Counted from the first letter of the stretch, positions 20,379 through 31,454 are shown. The stretch: DNA of 64,000 bases from Acetobacteraceae bacterium (GCA_035509315.1 DATJLS010000060.1:15118-79117); one strand, 5' to 3'. The notes: a model not told the origin generated them from the sequence alone. A program made the numbers and translations.

Positions 20379-20430
20379 GACCGAGAGGACAACGAGTGAC
20401 GGTGCGTAGTCGATCGGACCCTCGCCGGCA

Positions 20431-20558
20431 TTTCCCCTACTGTCCCGATTCCGAAGTGCGTCGCATGGGAATGCGGACGGAATCGGGACACTGACTCTTT
20501 GTTTTCAGTGGCCTGCTTATCCTCTCCGTTCGTCGCGAAATGCGACGAACTTCGAGGG
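20431..20558. repeat. Repeat family 4, copy a (two-hairpin element)
   Basis: Near-identical to 27244-27398. Hairpins gtcccgatt...aatcgggac and ttcgtcgc-gaaat-gcgacgaa. Confidence 0.8.
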
Positions 20559-20585
20559 CAGGACACTGCGCGGGGATTTCTACCA

Positions 20586-22262
20586 TCAGGCCCGACGCGG
20601 CTCCAACGGCCCGCACATTTTGCCGGCCAGCGCCTCGCCGTTCAGAGAGGCCCGGTAGAGGCCGGAAGCGGTTCCGCCTTCCGCCTCCAGGGAGGCGCGG
20701 ACGCGGGCAAAGCGCGCGCGTGCGCGAACGGGATCGCCGCCCGGCTGGATATCGAGGATGGCGAGCGTGAAGAGCGCATCGCGCCGGATGGGCGTAAGGG
20801 GCATCGCTTCCTCCTGATCGAGCGCCTCGGCGTGGGCGAGCGCGCGGGCGGAGGCGTAATGCCCGGCGTTGACAAGGCCGGTGAGCGCCCGGCGCATGAT
20901 GTCCCGCCTTCGCCCGGCACCCTCTCCCGGCGCCGGAGGAAGCTCGGCAAGGCGCGCGAGCAGGCCAGGAGCGTCGGTCTCGGCATCGCAGAGCAGCGCC
21001 TCGGCCCTGGCGGTCCAGCCGAGAGTCTCCGTCTCCCCATCCTCGAGCATCGCGGCCGCGAGCGCGTGGCGGAGCGCGCCGGCGGCCTCGGCAGCAGCGG
21101 CGAAGAGCGAGCGGATCGCGGTGCGGGGCTCGCCTTCGTGCAGCCGCAGGATCGCCCGGGCGTAGAGAATGGCCGGAAGATTGAGCGGCATGAGAGCGAC
21201 GAGGCCGTCGAGCGAGGCCTGGTGGATCGTTGCCGGCAAGGGCAAGGGTGCATCGATCGCGATGCCGAAGCGCGCCCTGAGACGGCGCTCGAGCATGGGC
21301 ATGACGGCGCGGGCGGTCGCGAGATCGGAATCGTTCACGCTTTCGAGGAGCGCGTGGCCGGCGAAGGCGATCTGCAGCCCGGGATCCTGCGCGAAGCACG
21401 CGGCGCGCTCGCGAAGCCAGCTTCGGTAGCGCGCGCGGGCCTCCGCCCGGTCGGCGCGGAGCGCGAGTGGGGCGCGCGAGGCGAAGGCGATGAGCGAAAA
21501 GGAGTCCTGCTCGATCCGGACATGATCGAAGCCGCATTCCGCGAGCAGGCGGGCAAGGCTCGCCTGGCTTTGCAGGATGAGATGGAGGCCGGGCGAGAGC
21601 AGCGGCACGAGCGCGCCGGAAGAGGTTTGCGGGCGGATCGCGGCCGCATCCGGCGTCGTGAGCACGAGGATGCCATCCGCGGCGAGGGAATGCCGCAGCA
21701 TGAGGAGAAATTCGCGCGGGGAGGGAACATGCTCGATGACCTCGGCGGCCATCAGCACATCGAAGGCTCCGAATGCGGTGCCGCGAAAATAATCGCACGT
21801 GATCGGCAGGGAGAGACGCCTGCGGCCGGCTTCGGCGATCGGCGAGGGATCGTAGCCGCCACCCCGCCAGCCGAGCCCGTGGATCGCGAAATCGAGCCCG
21901 AAGCCGAGGCCGCTTCCAACCTCGAGATAGCGTGTGCCTGGAGGGCGGGGAATGCGGGCGAGGAGGCCAACGCTCTGCCAGAGGCCAGTGCCCTGCTGAA
22001 GATAGAACTCGGTCCGGCCCTGCTCGGCAATATTCGGGTCGGTGTAATCGGGCGGGGTGAGGTCGTCATAGAAGGCGACGCCACAGGCGGGGCAGGTGAG
22101 CACCGCGTTGCATCGGTCCGGATTGTCCCTGGTGTGCCAGCCGACCGTGACGAGAACGGGTTTTTCGCCCTGGTCGCCACATTGCGGGCACGCCATCGGC
22201 CGTGCGAGGCCCGGGCTGGGCCAGCCGAGGCGCGGAAGCCCGTCGGTGGGATCCGAACTCAT
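20586..22262 (-). CDS. Class I SAM-dependent methyltransferase with N-terminal zinc ribbon and long helical C-terminal domain
   Basis: CPQCG...CPACG, then SAM motif I LEVGSGLGFG. ATG 22260-22262 overlaps the MFS stop (ATGA). The 846-aa track ORF is over-extended. Confidence 0.75.
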   Translation of the reverse strand: MSSDPTDGLPRLGWPSPGLARPMACPQCGDQGEKPVLVTVGWHTRDNPDRCNAVLTCPACGVAFYDDLTPPDYTDPNIAEQGRTEFYLQQGTGLWQSVGLLARIPRPPGTRYLEVGSGLGFGLDFAIHGLGWRGGGYDPSPIAEAGRRRLSLPITCDYFRGTAFGAFDVLMAAEVIEHVPSPREFLLMLRHSLAADGILVLTTPDAAAIRPQTSSGALVPLLSPGLHLILQSQASLARLLAECGFDHVRIEQDSFSLIAFASRAPLALRADRAEARARYRSWLRERAACFAQDPGLQIAFAGHALLESVNDSDLATARAVMPMLERRLRARFGIAIDAPLPLPATIHQASLDGLVALMPLNLPAILYARAILRLHEGEPRTAIRSLFAAAAEAAGALRHALAAAMLEDGETETLGWTARAEALLCDAETDAPGLLARLAELPPAPGEGAGRRRDIMRRALTGLVNAGHYASARALAHAEALDQEEAMPLTPIRRDALFTLAILDIQPGGDPVRARARFARVRASLEAEGGTASGLYRASLNGEALAGKMCGPLEPRRA

Positions 22263-23440
22263 GACGGAGAAAGCCTTGCCGCGCGGAGGGGAATGAGGAA
22301 GAGCCCGGCGAGCGAAGCCAGCAGGCCGGCGAGGAGGAAGACGCAAGCTGGCCGCATGATGGCAAGCAGCGGTGCGGCGAGGGTAGGGGCTGCCGCCTGC
22401 GCGAGCAGGACCGGCATGGCAAGCCAGCCGAGGCGCGCCGCGTAGCCCGCGGGACCGAAGATTGCCATCGGCAGGGTGCCGCGATTGATGGTGAGGACGC
22501 CGTTGCTCATCCCGTAAAGGACCGCGAAGGCGGGCGCGGCGTGCGGCCCGCCGAGCAGCAGCAGGGCGATGCCGAGCGGAAGGAGCGCGGCGGCGAGGCG
22601 GGCACGGGCGAGGATGCCGAGCCAACCTGTGAGCGCCCAGTCGAGGATGCGGCCGGCCACCTGGCTCGGCCCGAACAGGGCGGCGGCGAAGACCGCGTGG
22701 GCGCGGGTGAGACCGATGCCCGAGAAGAGCACGAGGACATAGACGGCGATCGCTGAGGTGATGAGCCAGCGCAGCGTGAAATAGACCGCGAGGCAGAAGC
22801 TGCGGAACGATGCGGCCCGTTCGGGCGAACACTGCGCGGCGGGCGGCGCTATTTGATGCGATAAAGAAATAAAATGGGGGACGAAGACGAGGACGAGCGG
22901 GAGGTTCAGCGCAAGCTCGAGCCCGGCATAGAGGAGCAGAAGGTCTCGCCAGCCGATCGCGGTGGCGAGGAAGGTGCCGAGGGGCCAGAAGATCGTACTG
23001 GCGAATCCCGCGATCAGCGTGATGCCGGTGATGACCGGCGCGGCCTCCGCACCGAGCAGGCAGCCGACGGTGGCGAAGGCGGCATCGTAAAGGCCGAGCG
23101 CCATGCCGATGCCGAGAACGGTCCAACCGAGATACCAGAGCGCGAGATCGGGGGAGAGGGCGAGCAGGATGAGGCCGGCGGCGATGACGAGGCTGCCGGC
23201 CGCGAGAACGGGACGGCCGCCGCTGCGGTCGATCCGCCTGCCGATGCGCGGGGCGATGGCGCCGGCGATGAGGAGCGCCCAGGAGATGCCGCCGACGACC
23301 GCGACGCGCGCGGCGCCGAGGCTTTGCGCGGCGGGGGCGGCGATGACGGCCGGGAGGTAGAAGCTCACGCCCCAGGAGACGACCTGGTAGCAGCCGAGCG
23401 CGAGCGCGAGCGGGCGGGGGCGGAGCGGGATTTCCGGCAT
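22259..23440 (-). CDS. MFS transporter
   Basis: About 12 hydrophobic helices with loop motif GRRIDRSGGRP. Start at ATG 23438-23440 (MPEIPL). Confidence 0.8.
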   Translation of the reverse strand: MPEIPLRPRPLALALGCYQVVSWGVSFYLPAVIAAPAAQSLGAARVAVVGGISWALLIAGAIAPRIGRRIDRSGGRPVLAAGSLVIAAGLILLALSPDLALWYLGWTVLGIGMALGLYDAAFATVGCLLGAEAAPVITGITLIAGFASTIFWPLGTFLATAIGWRDLLLLYAGLELALNLPLVLVFVPHFISLSHQIAPPAAQCSPERAASFRSFCLAVYFTLRWLITSAIAVYVLVLFSGIGLTRAHAVFAAALFGPSQVAGRILDWALTGWLGILARARLAAALLPLGIALLLLGGPHAAPAFAVLYGMSNGVLTINRGTLPMAIFGPAGYAARLGWLAMPVLLAQAAAPTLAAPLLAIMRPACVFLLAGLLASLAGLFLIPLRAARLSPS

Positions 23441-23460
23441 CGTCTCGGGGATGGCGCTGC

Positions 23461-24660
23461 TCAGACCGGGAGCGCGGACTCCGTCGCGCGGATATAGTCG
23501 CGCGTGAGCGGCACCGTATCGACGCGACGGGCGAGCTGGAGCTGAAAGACCATCAGCCCGCCATGGCGGAAGCCCATCTCGCTGCCCGCGAGATAGAATT
23601 CCCACATGCGGCAGAACCGCTCGTCGTAGATATCGCGGATCACGGCCCTCTTGGCGAGGAAGCGCTCGCGCCAGTGGCGGAGCGTCTCGGCATAATGCAG
23701 GCGCAGGATCTCGATATCCGTGGCCCAGAGTCCCGCCCGCTCGACATGCGGAAGAACCTCCGAAAGCGCGGGAACATAGCCGCCCGGAAAGATATATTTG
23801 CGTGTCCAGGAATCGGTGAGGCCGGGAACATCCATCCGTCCGATCGAATGGATCAGGGCGACGCCGCCGGGGGCGAGAAGGCGGCGGACCGCGGCGAAGA
23901 AGCCTTCGTAATGCGGCGAGCCGACATGCTCGAACATGCCGACCGAAACGATCCGGTCGTAAGCACCTTCGACCTCGCGATAATCTGTGAGCGAGAAGCA
24001 GACGCGATCGGCGAGGCCCGAAGCTTCGGCGCGGGCGGTGGCGCGAGCATGCTGCTCGGCCGAAAGCGTGACGCCGTCCACGCGGACCTCCTCCATGCGG
24101 GCGAGCGCGAGGGCGAGGCTGCCCCAGCCGCAGCCGATATCGAGCACGCGCTGGCCGGGCGCGAGCAGGAGCTTGGCCGCGATATGGCGCTGCTTGGCGC
24201 GCTGCGCCTCCTCGAGCGAGAGATCGGGCCGCGGAAAATAGGCGCAGGAATAATTGAGATCGGAATCGAGGAAGAGACGGAACAGGGTTTCGGAAAGATC
24301 GTAATGGTGGGCGACGTTGCGCCGCGCGGCGGCGATCGGGTTGTGCTGCTGAAGCCTTCGGGCCAGCGCCCGAAAGGCGCGGGCGAGAGGGCCGCGCCGT
24401 GCGTGCTCGCGGTTGCCGAGATTGCGCCCGACGAGGGCGAAGAGATCGGCGAGCGTGCCCTGCTCGAGCACGAGATCGCCGTTCATATAGGCTTCACCGA
24501 AATGGAGGGCGGGGCGAAGCGCCACCCGCAGGAAGCTCGCGCGGCCGCGGAAACGGATTGTGACATCCGCGACGCCTTCCGCGGGCGCGCCGAAGGAGAG
24601 CGCCCGGCCGCCGGCGGTGAGAACGGTAAGGCGGCCTTCGCGGATGAAGCCGGCGAGCAT
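23461..24660 (-). CDS. cfa: Cyclopropane-fatty-acyl-phospholipid synthase family methyltransferase
   Basis: HYDLSETLFRLFLDSDLNYSCAYF, VLDIGCGWGSLA, MFEHVG and IFPGGYVP. Start at ATG 24658-24660; a TTG at 24672 is also possible. Confidence 0.85.
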   Translation of the reverse strand: MLAGFIREGRLTVLTAGGRALSFGAPAEGVADVTIRFRGRASFLRVALRPALHFGEAYMNGDLVLEQGTLADLFALVGRNLGNREHARRGPLARAFRALARRLQQHNPIAAARRNVAHHYDLSETLFRLFLDSDLNYSCAYFPRPDLSLEEAQRAKQRHIAAKLLLAPGQRVLDIGCGWGSLALALARMEEVRVDGVTLSAEQHARATARAEASGLADRVCFSLTDYREVEGAYDRIVSVGMFEHVGSPHYEGFFAAVRRLLAPGGVALIHSIGRMDVPGLTDSWTRKYIFPGGYVPALSEVLPHVERAGLWATDIEILRLHYAETLRHWRERFLAKRAVIRDIYDERFCRMWEFYLAGSEMGFRHGGLMVFQLQLARRVDTVPLTRDYIRATESALPV

Positions 24661-24707
24661 GCGTTCGAGCAAGATGGCTTCCTCTTGGTTCCTGGCGTTG
24701 GTTCTTA

Positions 24708-24871
24708 GAGCTCGTTTGAAAATGCGGCTTGCGGTTTTGCGGAAGGGCCGCAGGCGCTGGTCCGGCGTGGCTTTCGAGAACCGGAGCGGAGCGGCCTTTG
24801 GGGGCCGTGAGCACCGGAAGCGCAGAAAGGCGGGTCGGGCGACCACCGCAGTCGCATTCTCAAACGAGCTC
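24708..24871. mobile_element. MITE family 1, copy b (variant TIR GAGCTCGTTTGAAAATGCG, TTA target duplication)
   Basis: Inverted ends gagctcgtttgaaaatgcg / cgcattctcaaacgagctc flanked by TTA on both sides. Interior ggctttcgagaaccggagcggagcggcc shared with copies a and d. Confidence 0.8.
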
Positions 24872-24933
24872 TTAGGGGGCCATGGTAGGGTGCCCGAGCC
24901 CTCGAGGGTAGAGCGGATGGGAAGGAGCGGAGA

Positions 24934-25485
24934 ATGAGCCGGCTGGCGCCGATCGAGGTGGAAAAGCTCGATGCAGAGCAGCGGATTGTCTATGACGCGG
25001 TCGTGGCCGGGCCGCGCGGGAGCGTGCGAGGACCGGTGCCGTTCTGGCTGAAGAGCCCCGGCCTTGCGGATCCCGCGCAGCGGTTGGGGGCCTTTCTGCG
25101 TTTCGAGTCCGAGCTGCCGGCGAAGCTCCGGGAACTTGCGATCCTGGTGACGGCGCGCGCGACCACGGCGCAGTTCGAGTGGTACATGCACCGCCCGCTC
25201 GCGGAGAAGGCGGGGCTTCCGCCCGCGATTGCCGATGCGATCGCCGTGCGCGCCGAGCCGGTCTTCGCCGACGAGGACGAGGCGCTGACCTACGCTCTTG
25301 CCCGCGTGCTCTGCCAAAATTACGGGATCGGGGAAGCGCTGTTCGGGCGCGGGCTCGCGCGCTTCGGCGAGAAGGGGATGGTCGAGCTTGTCGGGCTGGT
25401 CGGCTACTACACGATGGTGGCGATGACGCTCAATGCGTTCGGCGCGGCCTTGCCGGAAGGAACGGCGCCGCCGCTCTCTTCGTGA
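24934..25485 (+). CDS. Carboxymuconolactone decarboxylase (AhpD-like) family protein
   Basis: SD GGAGCGGAGA before the ATG. LAILVTARATTAQFEWYMH-type helix pattern of the CMD family. Paralogue at 53571-54131. Confidence 0.7.
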   Translation: MSRLAPIEVEKLDAEQRIVYDAVVAGPRGSVRGPVPFWLKSPGLADPAQRLGAFLRFESELPAKLRELAILVTARATTAQFEWYMHRPLAEKAGLPPAIADAIAVRAEPVFADEDEALTYALARVLCQNYGIGEALFGRGLARFGEKGMVELVGLVGYYTMVAMTLNAFGAALPEGTAPPLSS

Positions 25486-25564
25486 AACGGTTTCTCGCTT
25501 GCCCGGGCTCGGACCTTCCCCTAGCCTTGAGCACGGGAGAGCAAAAAATCCGACGGAGGCGTCG

Positions 25565-27178
25565 ATGGCGATAAAGCGGCGTACCCTTCTGGGGGCGGCG
25601 GGCGGGATGGCTGCGGCCGCTTCCCTGCCCCGGCCGGCGATTTCGGCCGGCGGGACGAGCGTTGGGGCGAGCGTTCTGAAATTCATCCCGCAAGCAAACC
25701 TGACCATTCTCGATCCGATCACCACGACCGCGGCGGTGACGCAGAATCATTGCTATTATGTCTGGGACACGCTCTATGCGGTGGATGAGCATCTCGTGCC
25801 GCATCCGCAAATGGCAGCCGGCCACAGCGTTTCGAGCGACCAGAGGACCTGGACGATCACCCTGCGAGACGGGCTCAAGTTCCATGACGGCGCGCCCGTG
25901 CGTGCGGCCGACTGCATCGCCAGCATCAAGCGCTGGGCGAGCGTCGATCCGTTCGGCGAGGACCTCGCGGAAGCGGTCGACAGCTATGTGGCGAAGAGCG
26001 ACAAATCCTTCGATATAAGACTCAAGACGCCGTTTCCGCTGCTCGATGCCGCGCTGGCCAAGCCGGCCGCGAACGTGCCGGTGATCATGCCGGAGCACAT
26101 CGCGGCGCAACCGGCGGCGAAGGCGATCACGATCGATCAGGTGATCGGTTCGGGCCCGTGCAGGTTCGAGGCGAAGGAGTATGTCTCGGGCAGCCGGGTG
26201 GTCTATTCGAAGTTCGCCGACTATGTGCCGCGTCCGGAGAAGTCGAGCTGGGCCTCGGGCGGCAAGATCGTGAATTTCGACAGGATCGAATGGCATGTCA
26301 TTCCCGATCCCGGAACGGCGGTGGCGGCGCTGCAATCGGGCGAGGTCGATTGGTGGGAGCTCGTGCTGCCCAACCTGATCCCGCTTCTGGCGACGAACAA
26401 GGATATCGTGATCGGAGCCGGCAACCCGACCGGGTATCTGGGCTGCCTGCGGTTCAATTCTCTCTTTCCGCCTTTCGACAATGTCCTGATGCGTCAGGCG
26501 GTGATGATGGCGGTCGATCAATCCGCGTACATGCGCGCGGTGACCGCGAACAATCCCAAGAATTTCGAGATCTGCCACTCTTTCTTCCCGCTCGGCACGA
26601 CCTATGGCATTCCGCCCAACCCCGATCCCATGGCCAAGGGGCCTGACCTCGGGGAAGCGAAGAAGCTGATCGAGGCGGCGAAATATGCGGGGCAGAAGAT
26701 CGTCATCATCAACCCGACCGATTTTCCCTCGATCCAGCCTTTCGGGGAAATCACCTATGCCACACTGAAGAAGCTCGGCCTCAATGTCGATCTGGTCGAG
26801 ACGGACTGGGGCACGGTGGTGCAGCGGCGCGCGAGCAAGGCGCCGGTCGACAAGGGCGGCTGGACGATTTTTCACACCTGGTGGCTCGGGGTCTCGCTCT
26901 ACAATCCTGCCGTCAACCCGATCATTCTCGGCCAGGGCCTCAAGGGCTGGTTCGGATGGTACCAGAGCGACGAGATGATGGCGCTGAACAATGACTGGCT
27001 CACGGCGAACGGCGCCGATGCGCGGCAGGCGGTCGCGGCGAAGATGCAGGCGCTCGCCTTCCATGACGTGCCGACGGTGCCGCTCGGGCAGTTCTATATC
27101 CGCACCGCCTATCGCAGCACGCTCTCCGGCGTGAGCATCGGCGCCTCGCCCTATCCGTGGAATGTACGACGCGCCTGA
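25565..27178 (+). CDS. ABC transporter substrate-binding protein, family 5 (peptide/nickel type)
   Basis: Tat-like signal MAIKRRTLLGAAGGMAAAASLP. About 537 aa. Followed by two permeases and two ATPases. Confidence 0.85.
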   Translation: MAIKRRTLLGAAGGMAAAASLPRPAISAGGTSVGASVLKFIPQANLTILDPITTTAAVTQNHCYYVWDTLYAVDEHLVPHPQMAAGHSVSSDQRTWTITLRDGLKFHDGAPVRAADCIASIKRWASVDPFGEDLAEAVDSYVAKSDKSFDIRLKTPFPLLDAALAKPAANVPVIMPEHIAAQPAAKAITIDQVIGSGPCRFEAKEYVSGSRVVYSKFADYVPRPEKSSWASGGKIVNFDRIEWHVIPDPGTAVAALQSGEVDWWELVLPNLIPLLATNKDIVIGAGNPTGYLGCLRFNSLFPPFDNVLMRQAVMMAVDQSAYMRAVTANNPKNFEICHSFFPLGTTYGIPPNPDPMAKGPDLGEAKKLIEAAKYAGQKIVIINPTDFPSIQPFGEITYATLKKLGLNVDLVETDWGTVVQRRASKAPVDKGGWTIFHTWWLGVSLYNPAVNPIILGQGLKGWFGWYQSDEMMALNNDWLTANGADARQAVAAKMQALAFHDVPTVPLGQFYIRTAYRSTLSGVSIGASPYPWNVRRA

Positions 27179-27243
27179 ACCCTGCGGTTTTCACCGCGCG
27201 GCACGGAAGGGCCAGGTCCAGGCTGCGGAGCCTCTGGTTAGGG

Positions 27244-27398
27244 TTTTCCCAGTGTCCCGATTTCGAAGCCCATCGCATGGGAATGCGGACGGAAGCGGGA
27301 CACTTGCTCTTTATTTTCCGTGGCCTGCCTATCCTCGCCGTTCGTCGCGAAAGGCGACGCACTTCGAGGGCAGGACTCACTTCGAGAGCAGGACACTG
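27244..27398. repeat. Repeat family 4, copy b, intercistronic between SBP and permease genes
   Basis: Matches 20431-20558 with an extra internal duplication of about 19 bp (cttcgagggcaggactca/cttcgagagcaggacactg). Ends 5 nt before the permease ATG. Confidence 0.8.
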
Positions 27399-27403
27399 GG
27401 ACG

Positions 27404-28345
27404 ATGCTGAGCTATGTCGTCCGCCGGGTGCTGGCCACGGTCCCCGTGATGGGGATCGTGGCGCTCACGGTCTTTTCGCTGCTCTATCTCGCCCCCGGCG
27501 ATCCTGCGGCGATCATCGCGGGTGACCAGGCGACGACCGAGCAGATCGCGCATATCCGCGCCTCGCTCGGGCTCGACCAGCCTTTCCTAGTGCGTTTCGC
27601 GCACTGGCTCTGGCAGGTGGTGCATTTCAATCTCGGCACCTCCGTCTTCACCGGCCAGCCGGTCAGCGGAATGATCGGCCAGCGGATCGAGCCGACGCTT
27701 GCGCTGATGATTCTGACCATGCTGATCGCGATCGCGCTCGCGGTTCCGCTCGGCGTGATCGCGGCGTGGAAGCAGGGCACCTGGATCGATCGCGCGATCA
27801 TGGTCTTCGCGGTGCTCGGTTTCTCGGTGCCGGTCTTCGTGATCGGCTATCTTCTCGCCTATGTCTTCGGTCTTACCTTGCGGATCCTTCCGGTGCAGGG
27901 ATTCACGCCGCTGAGCCAGGGATTCTGGCCCTTCCTCGGGAGCCTGATCCTGCCATCGCTGGCACTCGGCGCGATCTATGTGGCCCTGCTCGCGCGCATC
28001 ACGCGGGCGGCGATGCTCGAGGTGCTGGCGCAGGATTATGTGCGCACGGCGCGCGCCAAGGGCGTGGGGCAGGGTGGCGTGCTCTTCGTGCATGCGCTCA
28101 AGAACGCGGCCAACCCGGTGGTGACGGTGGCGGGGCTGGGCGTGGCACTCCTGATCGGCGGGACGGTGGTGACGGAGACGGTGTTCGCGATTCCGGGCCT
28201 CGGCACGCTCACCGCCAATGCGATCCTGCAGCGCGATTATCCGGTGATCCAGGGCGTGGTGCTGCTCTTCAGCTTCGCCTATGTCGTCGTCAACCTGATC
28301 GTCGATCTGCTCTACAGCGTCTTCGATCCGAGGATCCGGCTGTGA
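27404..28345 (+). CDS. ABC transporter permease (DppB/OppB-like)
   Basis: MLSYVVRRVLATVPVMGIV start typical of DppB-type permeases; six hydrophobic segments. Confidence 0.85.
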   Translation: MLSYVVRRVLATVPVMGIVALTVFSLLYLAPGDPAAIIAGDQATTEQIAHIRASLGLDQPFLVRFAHWLWQVVHFNLGTSVFTGQPVSGMIGQRIEPTLALMILTMLIAIALAVPLGVIAAWKQGTWIDRAIMVFAVLGFSVPVFVIGYLLAYVFGLTLRILPVQGFTPLSQGFWPFLGSLILPSLALGAIYVALLARITRAAMLEVLAQDYVRTARAKGVGQGGVLFVHALKNAANPVVTVAGLGVALLIGGTVVTETVFAIPGLGTLTANAILQRDYPVIQGVVLLFSFAYVVVNLIVDLLYSVFDPRIRL

Positions 28346-29241
28346 GCGAGATTTCGTTGCCGGAAGAAGCTTCGGTTCTGCCGGAGATCCTGCCGCCGAT
28401 CCGGATTCATGGTCGCGTCGTGGGCTTCGCGCTGCGCCATCCGGGCATCGCCATCGGCGGCGTGCTGATCGGGCTGATGATCCTTCTCGCGATCGCCGCG
28501 CCCTGGCTCGGGACCGTCGATCCCGAGGCGCTCGATCCGGCGAACATGCTGATCGGGGTTTCCGCCGGCCATTGGTTCGGCACCGACATGCTCGGGCGGG
28601 ACATCTATTCGCGCGTCCTGTACGGAGCGCGTGTCTCGCTCATCGTCGGCTTCGCGGTGGCCGCGCTCGCCTCGGCGGGCGGAATGGCGATCGGGCTCGT
28701 CTCAGGGTTCGTCCGCCCGCTCGATCCGGTGCTGATGCGCATCATGGACGGGGTGATGGCGATCCCCTCGATCCTGCTCGCGATCGCGCTGATGGCGCTG
28801 ACGCAGGGCTCGGTCGGCAATGTCATCATCGCGATCACCGTCTCGCAGGTGCCGCAGGTGGCGCGGCTGGTGCGCGGCATGGTGCTGGGATTGCGCGAGC
28901 AGCCCTTCGTCGAGGCGGCGATCGCCGCGGGCACGCGCACGCCGCGCCTAATCTGGCGGCATATCGTGCCGAACACGCTGGCGCCGGTGATCGTGCAGGC
29001 GACCTATATCTGCGCTTCGGCCATGATCATCGAGGCGATCCTGGATTTCATCGGCGCGGGCACGCCGCCGGTCGTGCCGAGCTGGGGCAATATCATGGCC
29101 GGAGGACGGGCGCTCTGGCAGGTCAAGCCGTTCATCGTGTTCTTTCCTGCCTTCTTTCTTTCGGTGACGGTGCTCGCGGTCAATCTGCTCGGGGATGGGC
29201 TGCGCGATGCGCTCGATCCGCGCGGCGAGGCGCGACGGTGA
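28342..29241 (+). CDS. ABC transporter permease (DppC/OppC-like)
   Basis: GTG 28342 overlaps the upstream stop (GTGA). DppC-like N-terminal anchor and conserved [10 protein letters not shown] motif. Confidence 0.8.
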   Translation: MSEISLPEEASVLPEILPPIRIHGRVVGFALRHPGIAIGGVLIGLMILLAIAAPWLGTVDPEALDPANMLIGVSAGHWFGTDMLGRDIYSRVLYGARVSLIVGFAVAALASAGGMAIGLVSGFVRPLDPVLMRIMDGVMAIPSILLAIALMALTQGSVGNVIIAITVSQVPQVARLVRGMVLGLREQPFVEAAIAAGTRTPRLIWRHIVPNTLAPVIVQATYICASAMIIEAILDFIGAGTPPVVPSWGNIMAGGRALWQVKPFIVFFPAFFLSVTVLAVNLLGDGLRDALDPRGEARR

Positions 29242-29254
29242 GAAAGGCACGCTG

Positions 29255-30252
<998 letters not shown>

Positions 30253-30256
<4 letters not shown>

Positions 30257-31266
30257 CGAGCGACGCACCGCCCGTGATCGCTGTGACGGGGCTCAGGAAA
30301 TATTTTCCGCTGCCGCGGAGATATCCCGGCCAGCCTGCCCTGCAGGTGCATGCGGTCGATGATGTGAGTTTCACGATCGGCCGCGGCGAGACGCTTTCGC
30401 TGGTGGGGGAGTCGGGCTGCGGCAAATCGACGGTGGGGCGGGCGATCCTGGGCCTTGTCAAGCCCACGGCGGGCGAGGTGCGGCTGGATGGGGAGAGGAT
30501 CGACCATCTTTCCGCCGGCCGCTTGCGGCCGCTTCGGCGGCGGATGCAGGTGGTGTTCCAAGATCCTTTCAGCAGCCTCAATCCACGCCTTCGCGTGCGC
30601 GAGATCCTGGCCGAGCCGATCGCCAACTACAGGCTCGCGCGCACGCGCGCGGAATTCTCGGCGCGGATCGCTTCCCTTCTGGAGAAGGTGCGGCTGCCGG
30701 CGGATGCGGCGGGGCGTTATCCGCACGAATTCTCGGGCGGGCAGAGGCAGAGGATCGGGATTGCGCGGGCGCTCGCGACCGAGCCGGAGGTGATCATTTG
30801 CGACGAGGCGGTCTCGGCGCTCGATGTCTCGGTGAAGGCGCAGATCGTCAATCTGCTCGCCGATTTGCAGGACGCGCTCGGGCTTTCACTGCTTTTCATC
30901 ACCCACGACCTCGCGATCGTCGAGCATCTGACGCATCGCGTGGCGGTGATGTATCTCGGCCGCATCCTCGAGATCGCGGACCGGCGGAGCCTTTTTGCCC
31001 AACCGTTCCATCCCTATACGCAGGCGCTGCTGTCGGCGGTGCCGGTGCCGGAGCCGGGAGCAAGGCACCGGCGGATGATTCTCAAAGGCGATGTGCCGAG
31101 CCCGGTCAATCTGCCCTCGGGCTGCCGCTTCCACACGCGCTGCCCGCATGTCTTCGCGCGCTGCCGGACGGAGGAGCCGCTTCTGAGGACGGTGCCGAAC
31201 GGGGATGGGGCCACGCATTCTGTCGCCTGCCATCTCGAGACGCGGCCGGAAACAGCTGCGGCCTAG
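30253..31266 (+). CDS. ABC transporter ATP-binding protein (DppF-like)
   Basis: GTG 30253 overlaps the upstream stop (GTGA). Walker A GESGCGKS, signature FSGGQRQR. Confidence 0.85.
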
Positions 31267-31362
31267 AGCAGATCGCGATCGGACGGAATCGGCTGATCGC
31301 GTGAAGATGCTCGCAAGACAAATAGATAGAGCGATTTGCGTGAGCCAATGCGAACGCAAACC

Positions 31363-31440
31363 GCTCTAGAGCATGATCGCCGAAGGTGGGAAAACCGGAG
31401 GCGTGAATCACGCGGGAAACAAATGGTAGCGGTGGGCGGA
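31363..31440 (+). repeat. Repeat family 2, copy A
   Basis: gctctagagcatgatcgccgaaggtgggaaaaccggaggcgtgaatcacgcgggaaacaaatgg shared with six other copies. Antisense track ORFs repeat the peptide VIHASG. Confidence 0.75.
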
Positions 31441-31454
31441 CGATTTTGCGCGGT

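Noticed and set aside
20586-25725. 846-aa and 754-aa track ORFs (also 3405-4844 and 2995-4107)
   Set aside because: These are over-extended frames that read through upstream genes or MITEs. Internal ATGs with ATGA overlaps or SDs, together with family-typical N-termini, define much shorter real genes.
31363-31440. Family-2 element as a riboswitch or leader
   Set aside because: Copies occur in both orientations. They sit mostly downstream of stop codons or between convergent genes, next to unrelated genes. That is inconsistent with a gene-specific cis-regulatory leader.
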